The translations under genes were made by a program, and so were the position numbers. A model generated the notes under the pieces. The model searched no databases. It worked only from the letters and a program-made list of their open reading frames with translations, and had not been told where the DNA came from. From Lytechinus pictus (taxonomy: Eukaryota), in contig NC_087245.1 in NCBI RefSeq assembly GCF_037042905.1, forward strand, positions 4,466,001 to 4,530,000: a stretch of 64,000 nt of DNA. The letters are read 5' to 3'. This document shows, piece after piece, positions 1 to 13,200 of this stretch. Each line of letters begins with the position of its first letter. Positions within the stretch are counted from its first letter, which is position 1.

Positions 1-3000
1 TGAATAGGATTATTCATCTCATTATCTCATCTCGAGCACTAGGAGTGACGAACACATAGGCCCTAAGCAAACTATATTTCGTAAAGTTATGAAAATATAT
101 ATATAATATAATATTATATATATACTATTATATAACATAATATATAGTATGATATACAATAATTTTTTCTTCCTCCACCACGTTTCTCTTTCTTTCGCCC
201 TCTCTTTCTCCTTTTCCCGTTTTTTTTTTGGCCAACCGATGTGGGGGGCACGTGCCCCCGTGCCCCCCCCCGTAGTTACGCCACTGTCTGTGTGTTTTAT
301 TGATAGTCTAGATAGACTTTTTATACAAACATATTGTGAGTTTCGGCTGAAAACATCATGTGTATTAGATCTCTATTGGAAAACGAAAAATGTTTCAAAA
401 TGTAATGCATATAATATAGGCCTGTATAGAGTATGAGAAGAGTATTATTCTAGTGTTGCATTTTGGGTGAGGATCCGGAAACTTTTTCTTAGTTATGGCC
501 TAGACATGATGCTGTTCACAGTGGCTGTTATATTTTGGCTGCAATGTTAGGCAATCAAACCGATTATAAGTTGTATCAAAATATCGACACCTATAAAAAT
601 AATAAAGCGGGTGTTAGGGGAGGGTGTTGATGAGGTTAACATGTTAAATGTATTCCTTTAAGAGTTAGCTAGATCTTTCCTCTGTATTTTAACGGCTAAC
701 AACTCTTGCTTACAAGCATTGGTTCAAAACTTGTGGATATCGGTGCCGGTGTGTGTGTTCTTTTTAAGCTAAGTTATAAATAAGCAAATAAAAAATAGCA
801 CAAATATTTTATTTCAGGTTATTTCTATCTTCAATTCGCAAATTCATATCAGTTTTATGATCTCATCTTTCACAAATGCGTATTAGCCGTTACTATTATC
901 TGACCTTGCAGCGTATCATAATTTTGAAAAACAGATATATGCTTTATATTTACAAAAACTATCCCAGCAAAAAAGGTGAGCTATTTGACGATGGAGATTT
1001 TTCAGAGGTGGCATCCATTTGACCACTTAAATTAAAAAGAAAGATGTAAATTTGAGGGGTATATGCCCAGCCTGATCGCAACTCACTTTTTCTTCCATTT
1101 AATTTTTTTTTAATTCTGCTTCCGCCACTGGATCTTTCATTTTGAATTTCTTCCCGAGCTAAATCCAGCTAATGAAAATACGATCCCCCACCATTTTTAA
1201 TATTTTTCCGTAAAAAGATTTTCCTTTACTTTAGAAAGCATTGTCATTACACACTATTTCCCAAAATGATCAATCAAAGCGCACTCCCATTCCAGTAGCA
1301 ATTTCCGTTAAAAAAAATCTGAAAGCAATAAAAGAAGAAAAAAAAAGAAAATGGGCATCAAAATTTTATCAGTAGGCACTCTGTTTCCTCTCTCGCATGC
1401 TGGTCTAAAGAAATAATCAAATGTCTGTATTCATATCAATTTTGAATGAATAATAATAATGAATCAATAATGAATGAACTACCAACTTTACGATGAATTC
1501 TATTAACCCATATTCTTAAGTAATTTTAGAACCCAGTTTGATATACATCTATAATGACAACAGAGAACTTTTTAAAACGACATGAAATCAAAGGCGAATA
1601 TGAAGAAATATAGGAAAGTAATATCACTTGGTATGGTTTCCCCATTCACAATTCATTTGTTAGCACAGTTGAAAAACTCTGGTCTAAATGAAAGAATTAA
1701 ACAAATCGATTGCATCGTTGCTGCTAAATGTATGTTGTTGGATTTTTAAGGCAAATTTTTGAAATGTTCATTTGAACCATTTCCTTTTATATATTTTTTT
1801 GATACGGCGTGCACTTTACAATTGATTTCATAAGATGCAATGAGCATGGTATATGAAAGGTTTGATTTAAGTGCTTTTGTATAAGTTGAGCAACACACAA
1901 TAAGAACCGGAAAAGAAAAAAGGAGGAGGCCCTTTATCCCCGTTTTATACTTTTCTTAATTCTTATGATATTTCATGCGAGTCGTTCTAACGTTGGAATA
2001 TACGTCACAAATACTAACTCTATAATGATATTTCATTCGTGGTATCATTACACGTGCAACTAAAGAATAATCTTTGTATAAAAGCGACTTTCGACCATTA
2101 CAGCATCTGAATTTATAGGCAACACTCATTATACTCTGACTTGATAATAGTTGTTACAAACTTTTACCTTTATATATTTCAGTAATAAGCGACGGGGAGC
2201 AAATGGATATTGATGATGAATGAGATGCTTCTTGTGACAACTATAGTTTGATATTTTAATCATACTTTGGTATTACTTTGAATTCATTGAGCATATATAA
2301 TTCCTCTAATTCCCCCTAAAACTTCCCTTCTTCCATTTCCGTTGTATCAAGAAAAATCCTCGATCTTACCATGCTTATAGCGTGGTATACCATGCTTATA
2401 GAATCTTAAAGCTATTGATTAACCAGTCTCTATAACACCTTTTCGATATTAACCTGTCCGTCTCTCTCTTTCTTGCTCTGTCAATCTATCATGTTTTTTT
2501 TTCTCTCTCTCTCACACACACGCACATCCTCACAGGCACGTACTGATAGATGTTATTCCACTGTATAAACGCTGCTTATAATTTTAAGCACGTTGTTTAA
2601 GCCCGACGCTCTAACAACTATTGTTTAAACTTTTTAAACAACTGCTTAAACTTTTTAAAAAGTTGTTTGAAAAGTTTAAACAATTACAAAAAAGTTTGAA
2701 CAACTTGTTGTTAGAGTGACAGGCTTAAAACAATATACAATTTTTTTACTGTGTATGTTTAAAAGCCAACAACACGAGTTGCCTGTTGTTGTTTTAGCTT
2801 AGTTACGGTGCGTATTATTTTAGTGAATATTTGCGACAGTTTTATTTCTCAATGTAGCTTGGATTACAGGTGCACGCCTTTTTTCGAAGCCAACCATATT
2901 TTCACAATTTCAAGTACATTTTTAACATGTACAAAAAGAAGATTAAAAACTAGAACATGACTAAAAGCCCGACCTACTTTCATTTTGGAGTACTGATTCA

Positions 3001-3156
3001 TAAACACCTCGATCACAATCACACGAAGTCGATACTTTTTTCTTTCTTTTTTATTAATATAAAATCGCGTATATTACATTTCTGTTTCCCTTATTTAGTT
3101 TCCAATACTTCTAATAATGTGCATCTCATTCTGTTCTATACTGATATTAGAATTAG

Positions 3157-3739
3157 GGCTTTGCGACTGCAGTAGTGAGTATATGACGACCATAGTTTCA
3201 CCCGGCTTTCCCGATCATTATCCCTCTCTAACACACAAGGAATGGACTGTGGATATACCTCAATTTTACAAGGTTTGTTACAGGATAATAAAATATATTT
3301 TCTTTCTCTTTCCCCTTATATTCATTTTCATTATCGCTTCATAAATTTAACGAATCTTTACTGCCTGTCATTGTATTTTCCTGTGAATTTGGACGTCAAT
3401 AATTGATATCCAATTGTCTTTATTCTGGGTGATTTCAAGTTTAGCTAGTGTTGAGCTTATGGTATTCTGTGTTAGGTCGATGTTTACACGAGTATAACGC
3501 CAAACATAAAATGAAGATAGCAGTCTGAAAAGCCACTCACTGGGCATTGAGCTGTCAATTTTGTGATCTAGATCATTGTGTAAATTCAGAATAGGTTTTG
3601 GCGCTAGGAAACACAATCTAAATTGTGCTTTAAACACCAACACCGGAAATGAACTCACCCACTGTATTGCACTGGAATACATTCTTAGTTTTTACTTGAA
3701 ACTGATGTTGCTGCTTCAATTACTTTTACTTCTATTATT

Positions 3740-3805
<66 letters not shown>

Positions 3806-3820
3806 GTACTACTACTACTA

Positions 3821-3864
<44 letters not shown>

Positions 3865-3883
3865 GCTACTACTGCTACTACTG

Positions 3884-3936
<53 letters not shown>

Positions 3937-3949
3937 GCTACTACTACTG

Positions 3950-3982
<33 letters not shown>

Positions 3983-4004
3983 GTACTACTACTACTTCTA
4001 CTAG

Positions 4005-4037
<33 letters not shown>

Positions 4038-4076
4038 CACTACTACTACTACTACTACTATTACTACTACTACTAT

Positions 4077-4126
<50 letters not shown>

Positions 4127-4257
4127 GTACTACTACTACTACTACTACTACTAGTAGTAGTAGTAGTAGTGCTACCACCACTACTACTACTACTACTATT
4201 ATTATACTACTACTGCTACTACTACTATTACTTATACTACTACTACTACTACTACTG

Positions 4258-4308
<51 letters not shown>

Positions 4309-4315
4309 TTACTTA

Positions 4316-4353
<38 letters not shown>

Positions 4354-4378
4354 GTACTACTACTACTACTACTACTAG

Positions 4379-4413
<35 letters not shown>

Positions 4414-4553
4414 TTACTTATACTACTACTACTATTATTATTACTTATACTACTACTACTACTTCTACTACTACTACTTCTACTACTACTATTACGAATT
4501 CTACTACTACTATTACTACTATAGTACTAGTAGTAGTTCTACTACTGTTACTT

Positions 4554-4586
<33 letters not shown>

Positions 4587-4587
4587 T

Positions 4588-4640
<53 letters not shown>

Positions 4641-4671
4641 TTACTACTACTACTACTACTACTAGTACTTA

Positions 4672-4716
<45 letters not shown>

Positions 4717-7186
4717 TACTACTTCTACTACTACTACTACTACTACTACTACTATCATGCCACTCTACTCTTAGTTTTACTTCTATTCCCGCTACTACTA
4801 AGTAAAATGTATTTCAGAGATCAAAGTAAGAGTAACATACCCTCTGTGATAGGAGTAAGATTGAAATCGTAAAAATATTAAACTAAATAATTACTGAAAA
4901 GGAAGGTGCCATAAACCACAGAATAAAGTAAAGGCACTAATATGTGATAAAGCATCATTAATATATTGTGTTTATAAAATTTCCTTTCTCTTGAAAGGAA
5001 TATAACCTTATACCCCTTTCACTCCTTTCACGTTTTTATATTTCTGTTTTAGGTCCATATAGTCGTCAATGTTCTCTCTGTTGAACGTGTATGGGACACA
5101 CTCACATTGAAACATAGCCCACTTGCTCTCCCACATGATGGTATTGAATTTCTATTGGTCAGTGCCAATGTGACGTCATTGATTTTACCTTCTGGATCGG
5201 TAGTGATCGAATTCTGTAGCGATGACCGTGTGGAAGATGATGGCTTTGCGTTCGATTTCCGACTTATGCCAATACGCGGTAAGTATAATGCATGAATCAT
5301 ACCAAAAGGAACTACCCGGGGAAGGGGTTCAGGATTGTTTAATGACTACTGTTTAAACGTTTAATTGTCCACCCCAGAAAAACGTTACTTTGAAAAAAAA
5401 GAGAAAAATCAAACTAGCATAACACTGAAAAGTTGATCAAAATCGGATGTAAAAAAGGAAAGTTATGACATTTTAAAGTTTAAAGTTTTTATTTTTCACA
5501 ATACAGTGATATACACAACTCAGTGGCATGCAAATGAGACAGACGATGATGACCATCACTCACTATTTCTTTTGTTTTTTATTGTTTGAGTTATACAATA
5601 TTTTATTTTTTTCTAAACAAATTTGACAATAAGGACCAACTTTACTGAACCATATAGTATTAAACAATACTAATTCCACATTTTCAGGGAGGAATTAATC
5701 GTTGTTTCACTTGACAATGAGGAGAAAATCATAATATTTCATGTTTTATATAATAAAATACAAAATGAAAAGTGAGTGGATGGCGTCATCAGTCTCCTCA
5801 TTTGCATACAGACCAGTATGTGCATAATAACTGTTTGTGAAATTAGGCGAAACTTTAATTAAAATGTCATAACTTTCTTGTCTTGCATCCGATTTTGATG
5901 AAATGTTCAGTGGTATGCCTGTTGGATTTTTCCCTTTTTATTGAAATCAACTTTTTCTCGGCGTGGACTTGGCCTTTAAAATAATGTTAACTACGTCATG
6001 GCTCCTGCATTCAGTTATTTCAGTTTACTGAGATATAATATAATTTGAAATAGTTTCATATTCATGTAAGAAGGCATTTATTTTGATAGTCTTTCGATCT
6101 AAAATGTTAGGATGATGACTTTTGCATAACGTGTGCAAACATAATGTAAATTTCTTAATTTTCTTTGAAACCTCAATGTCTTGCCCTTTTCAGCAATATA
6201 TTTGAAGGTGGGATAGTTATGATTTAAACAGAGGTCGATATCACTGCTTAGACGCGTGCTTTTCAAAATTAAATTTGTAATTTTATAAATCATATTTTTG
6301 TAGATGGCAATAACATGTCATGTGAAAAGATAGCTGAGGACACGGAATTCGCTTGCTCATCTGGAATGCAATTCGTCGACATCATCGCAAGGTGTGATTG
6401 GAAAGTTGACTGTCATGATGTTTCAGACGAAGTCGGCTGTGGGAGTGAGTATAAGTTAATAGAAATGAAGCAAACGTCTGATATATCGATGCAATTTTTC
6501 ATTTGTTTGTATTTCCTGTTTTCATTATGTATGTCTATCCGCACTTTCACACGAAAAAAAAATCGTAATTTGAAAGATGATTCCAGTGAAAAATAAGATT
6601 AATGACGAATATTTAGCACGTGTGAAACCAAACTAGAACATGATTAGAATCACGAACGCTAATCACAGTCACCACAGTCACGATTACAATAGCAATCATC
6701 ATTACAATGATGATTTAAGATTCACGTGTGAAAAGGCCCTATATCATTCTAAGAAGTCAAAATTCATTTCATCTAGTATAAGTGTATTATGGCGCAGACG
6801 TCCAGACGCTTCCTTCCAGTAATATACATACATTTTTAAACTCCAAGGGTAGCAAACAATATCTATTAGAACAATGCTAAAAGTAAGGAAGATTATTGGG
6901 GGATGTGAAAATAGTCAGGGGCGGTGTTCGACCCTTTCGAACGTGGGCGGCAAATCCATCGAAAATTTCAAAGTCTGCATGTAATTTTTGTTTTAATGAT
7001 AAAAAATATATGCTGTCATTGCATCTCGTTCATTATTTAGGAATTCGATTGCATGTTTGTTACATCAGTAATTAATCCGTTTCTATTACAATATCAGATG
7101 AAGATATTTATATATTATATAGATGGTGATCATGGTAATTGCGGTGATGGTGCAGATGTATATTTTAATGTAGTTGGTGGTGGTGG

Positions 7187-7228
<42 letters not shown>

Positions 7229-10200
7229 CGATTGTGATGATGATAATGGTAATGGTGGGATAGTGGTGTTTGTGATGGTGTTGGTGGTGGTGATGACGAT
7301 AGTGGTGATGATGATAATGGTAATGGTGGGATAGTGGTGTCTGTGATGGTGTTGGTGGTGGTGATGACGATGGTGGTGATGATGATAATGGTAATGGTGG
7401 GATAGTGGTGTCTGTGATGGTGTTGGTGGTGGTGATGACGATGGTGGTGGGGATGTCGTTGGTGCTGATGGTGGTGATGGTGATAATGATGAATATGATG
7501 ATCAAGTCACATATATTTTTATTCATTTTACTGGGGTGTATCTGTCGGAAAGAACTATTTACATAGAGACATCATCATCTGACGTCACTATCTAAAATAT
7601 ATAACTCACACCAATATAACTGTATATAAACCCGCTGTCATCTTGATTACAGGTTAATGTCATAATGCCCTAGCCTTATTTGGTCACATGATCTGCGCTT
7701 TAATAAGTCAGTGTAATGATGGTACATTATTGTACACTGTTAGGAAATTTCTACTTATAAATTAAAAAATTCCTGCAGCAGAGTCTCGAGAGCACCTGTA
7801 ATCTTACTGCACTGTGTAATCTTACATGCATTTGTGTGAAATTACAGAAAATTTGTATTCGGTGTATGTAACCTTACAAATTTATTGTAATAAAACTGTT
7901 TCACCCTTTTCTAAAATAGACCTGTTCTGTAAAATTGTAGAATATCATTCCTGTTATAACAATTTACAGAATGATTTGGTAATTTCTCAAGTTCTGTAAA
8001 ATCTGTTTTTATATATATATTTTTTGTCTTCTGTAAAATCTTTTGTTTTTTCTCGCAGTGTAGATAGCTTTCGCTTCTGATAGAGTATAGTGATACGCGC
8101 TATACAGTGCGTATCCAAAAAAAAGTTTACACTTTGAAAAAGCCCTTGGAATTAAAAAGATATACAACATGTGGGTAATTTTTCACATATAATCTTGGGT
8201 TTGGGTCTCATGTATCCAATGAAAGTAAAAGTTTTGATAGAATGTTACACTTGAGTGAGTACTGTCCATTTTGTAAAGCTCGCAGAAATCTGTTTGCGCA
8301 GAAATGCTCGTTTTCACGCCTGTGTCAAGGGGAAAGGGCGTAATCAAACTTACCCTGCGAAACATTTCTCATATATTTCTCTTGCACTTTTAGTCATTTG
8401 AAATAAAAACGGATACATTCAAGCATTTTGTAACAATTTTGCCACCCAAATTTCAATTTCAACACTTAATAAGCACAGCCTTTACCCTTTTTGTGCCAGC
8501 TGGATCTGATGACATAAATGAATCTGAACAAAAGTTTATATCAGACATCTCCGCATTTTTTCACTAAGTTCTTATCATTTAAAATGGGTTTACATTTCAT
8601 TTTTCATTTAATACTTGCTTCTCTACACTTTTTCCAAGCTGGAAAATGATTAACAAAATGAAAATAAAGTCTAAGCCATTTCATGTAAATCACAGCTCAA
8701 TGTAAAGCAAATATCGTCACGATGGCCTCGGTGTGTCGGGGAGTGGGTTGGGGCGCAATGCACTCTTCGAAGTGTTTTGGGCAAGGAAACAAGTTAAAAA
8801 AATGTAAAAGATATCTTCAAATCAATTTTACTAGCTAAATTCCACGTGTTCTTCATGATTAAAGTCTACTTTTATTCGCATAACTATTTCAAAGTTCTGT
8901 GCAAATAATTTTTCACTAACTTTTCAAAAGTAAGTGGTGCTCACTCAAGCGGAAATATTTTTCGACAGTTATATCGTCATTTGCTTAAATGGATCTGTAC
9001 CAATATTAAAATGTGGAAAAATCTTCAGGATATTACTAATGTTTAATTTTACAGGATTTTTTTCTAAGTGTAAACTTTTTTTTTGATACGCACTGTATAA
9101 GAAAATATTATTATTATCGTATAATATATTGACGTTTTGCTATGACTACTCTATGCAGGTTGTCCATCGAATGTCTACCAGTGTAAAGGGAGTAATATTT
9201 GTCTCCTGATGGAGTTCCTGTGTGATGGTTGGTCCGATTGTCCTCTAGGAGAGGATGAACAAAATTGTAAGGAAATATGAGACTTCATTTCTTTTCTTCA
9301 GTTCCCAAAAGTGGTGATACCTAATGTCATTAATCAATTTATGTTAAGTTGCGATGTTCCACAGGTTATATGTATAATATCATGCGAAATATACTCCCGA
9401 CTTGTGTATGGGTGGGTGTGTGTGTGTGTGGGAGAGAGTGTGCGTGTGTGGGTGAGAGAGAGAGTGTGTGTGTGTTTTAAATAGAGAGTTTGTGTGTGAG
9501 CGGCGTGCGCACTACAGAGTTTTAGGGAGAGAGAGGAGAGGTGCGCTGTGTGTGAGGGTGTGTCTGTGTGTTATAGAGGGTGGGTGTGTGCGTGTGTGTT
9601 TCCGTTGGTCTATCTCTACCTCTCAAATTTTAGGTTAATTTTTTAGGGATAGGTACTTGATTTATATGAGGTTGTGCGTAGGTACATGCGCAGGTGTGTG
9701 AGGTGTCGGTAAGCAAATTTGTGTGTGTTAATGTGCGAAAAAATAGTAATTGTAATAGTTGCCAAACATTGCTGTTTGAAAACTAAAATCATTCATATTT
9801 TCATGATACGAGGTTCCCTTCAATGTCCCACCGGATACACGTGTGGCCACTTACCATATAATATCAAGTATGAACCAAGACACGACTGTGGGCCATCAGA
9901 CTGGTTACCTTTCTGGGTTAATGCTTCAAGTGCCTGGAGAACAGACTATGGTAACATCACCGCTAAACTTGCAACTATTCTGTGAGTATTTTGTGGGCTA
10001 CAATTCTCAACCTGCTCATTTTGACTTTATCCAGCTTGTACATTTCTTTCTTCTCAGTTACTGATTGTTTACTATATATCCACCATCTATGTGAAGATGT
10101 AATTGGTTTTAGAAGATAATTGAGTTATTATTTTGTTTGTTTCAATTGTAGCAACCTTCGGGAAATTTATCATAAAACGTTGGAAGTTGGAACATTTGTC

Positions 10201-13200
10201 GGTCTTCCCAATCTTAGCTTGCTGTAAGTTACCTGTTCTTATCTTAATTTATCACCATACTATATCTTGGCACAGACTCTCAGCAGGCAGCAGTGTATTC
10301 TTGAATATTTACAAAACTCAAGGTTTCGTGATTCGGTTTGTCCAACTACGTCCATGTAAGACCCACAGTCTTGTCCCTATGCCAGTTTATTCTAAATTAG
10401 AACCAGGAATGGAATTTTATTACAATCACTGCAATAAGTGTAGATAAAATGCCTACATCACATTGCCCTTCGTATCATACATTTCCAATAGAATTATTCA
10501 GATTTCGATTCATTAATGATTATTTTTTTTAATTTCAAATGATATTAATTAACGTAAATGTCAATGATGCATCATGATAAACATGCAATCAATTACTAAT
10601 ATCTATGAGTCATAAGTCATAATTATGTAAGAATAAAATGATATTCTGCACAATAATTTAAGCCTGATGGAAGGGAAAATTGAATACATAATAATGTATT
10701 TCTTCTATTATCAATTTAATGTTTCATTCCTATCAGTGATATGTCACATTGTGGATTAACACATCTAACCCCTGGAGTTTTCGATGGCTTAGTCAGACTC
10801 AAGAAACTGTGAGTGCTTCATCCTCATCCTTCATCACGCACGATTCTGTTTCTAGCTATACACCTTATTGGCGCCTCCTTCCTCTTAATCATACTCATGT
10901 GATTAATTTCATTAATTAATTAACAAATCTTACTCCTGTTGCACTCTCTTTTCCTCTCCCCTCCCTCTCCCACCCTCCTCCCCCTGGGAATTATTATCAT
11001 ATTTTTTTTTAAATAAAAAAAAAATCGCTAGAAAAAGATGGTAATATTGTTCCAGGAAAACTTTGACAAGAAAAAAAAGGGCTTATGAAGGTTACTTGGT
11101 TTCATTTCTTGGTTTCATAACTTGTATACTTTTTGCATTTTTTTTTATTGAACCGAAATATCACTATATTCTAAATTATGTCAAAGTCATTACATTTGAA
11201 ATTATGTCCTTTAATTACTCATACGACAAATGTTGGTGATCATAATGTATGAAATTAATTGTTTAGTTCTATCTTTACAGAATCCTGGCGCACAACAAAA
11301 TAACTTTCCTTGAGGCCTGGACATTTAAAGGTCTTTCTTATTTAAATTATTTGTAAGTACATTTTCCCTTCTCAAACATTTCCAAAAGCAGAAAAATGAA
11401 AGAGTCGAAGTTCAAGAGGCATAACCGTATTATGAGTATAGCCATAGTATATAGTATAGTTAAGTGTCAGTATAGTGGCAGTAGTAGCTGTGGTATAGTA
11501 AAAACAGTCTTTACTTTCATTATTTTGCCCATATTCGCCTCACGTTTTAAAAATGTACTCGCTCCATTAACATGATTAAGTGTGATTAAGAGTGAATGTA
11601 CATGAGCTCGTACAGCAATCGTCCTTCTGTCTGTTGAATTAAGTTTCTTATTTCTATTCTAAACTCTTCTTTCGTTCAAAGGTACTTGGAATTAAACGCG
11701 ATTCATGAATTCAGTGAGGATGGTTTCAAAGGCCTCGCCCGTATAAGATCTATGTAAGTAACGATACCTTAACCTGTTGATTGTAATACTTTAATTTCCA
11801 GCGTTTTTTTTTTTTTGCTAGATTTTACTCTGAATTAATTTGTGTTGCATGTAAGTTTGGCAAATCGGCTCTTGGAATACCAATAGATTTATAATTTTGG
11901 TGGAATAGACGTATGTCATTCGATTTAGAAATTGTTGAAATCAGTATCCAAAGAAGTCGTTGTCTGTTGTAGTGTATAATCAACTCCCATGCAGCCTTCG
12001 GATTTGGAATATGCGTATTAAAACGTATCTATGAGAAAGAATAGATTTACAAGACAATCAATTTTGCGAAAATTACCAAATTTATGAACGACTATCAAGT
12101 CCAAGGATTCAAATTGTTATGTTATAGTCTGATATTTGAATTAACATGCAACATTTATAGCCATAGCGATGTCAGATTTCTTTACGCAAAGAGATTGTCA
12201 TGCAGAGTATACATGGTATATAGCAAAATGAAAACATTATTAACTCGTTCACACATAATGTATTCGAAAATGAAAAATTTGTTTATAAACCCCCGAGACT
12301 TTCCCAGCAGCAGTAAATCCATGAAATTTTGACAGAAAGACATTGATTACACTGATAAACAGTTAATTCGGCCGGGAAATGCAATATATCAACTCTCTCT
12401 CATTAGATGGTTTACTGACTTTATAGACCTACAAAAAAAGGCTTGGACAAAGATATTTTCATTTGCGACTTTTTAAGGTTGTTCATAAAGTGTGGTATGT
12501 TAATTATAGATACTACAAAAACACACAAACATGACCTAATACGCACAGTCACATCCTGACCCTCATACACGCATAATATCTTACACACATATCATAAATA
12601 TACTAGTATTACTTACCTTTGTATTGCTGTGATTTAATGATGAAGGTTATTATTGATTGCTCGCAATACAAAGAAAAAATTCACTGAGAAAAAAGTATAT
12701 TCGAGAAAATTGTTTTCCTGATTTAAAAAAAATATATAATTATGATTACGTTTGATTATATATTTGATGGACATAAATTTAGGGATCCATAAAAGGCATC
12801 TATCAGAGAGCAAGGCTATTTCAAACTGTCTACAATGAAGTCTAAGAAAAAAACATTCCTTTTTTATGCAGAGACTTGGAAAACAATACAATAACTCATG
12901 TCAGGGCTGGTGCCTTCAAAGATGTTGGTCAAACACTCGAACGATTGTAAGTATTCATCGTCATCATCAGCAACTAAATTATCTTCTTATTTCTCAATAT
13001 ATTATAAGTCTTGTTATCAGTGTTATCCTCGTCCTTCCCATGTCATTAGTTTGTTATTTAATTCTTCGTCTTCTTGATCTTCTCTTCTCCTTCATCACCT
13101 TCTTTTTCTCCTTTCTTTCCCTCTCTTTTATCATCATCATCATCTTCATCTCCTCCTCCTTCTTCTTTCACTTCTTTACTTTTGTTCTTCTTATTTGTTT

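Noticed and set aside
2183..2260. Possible first coding exon of the GPCR
   Set aside because: ATG-initiated frames close quickly with TGA and there is no suitable donor.
3576..4354. Poly-Tyr/Val/Leu ORFs
   Set aside because: Translations of the (TAC)n microsatellite.
7053..7526. Asp/His/Ile-rich ORFs
   Set aside because: Low-complexity (GAT/GGT)n tract in an intron; it does not fit the exon phase chain.
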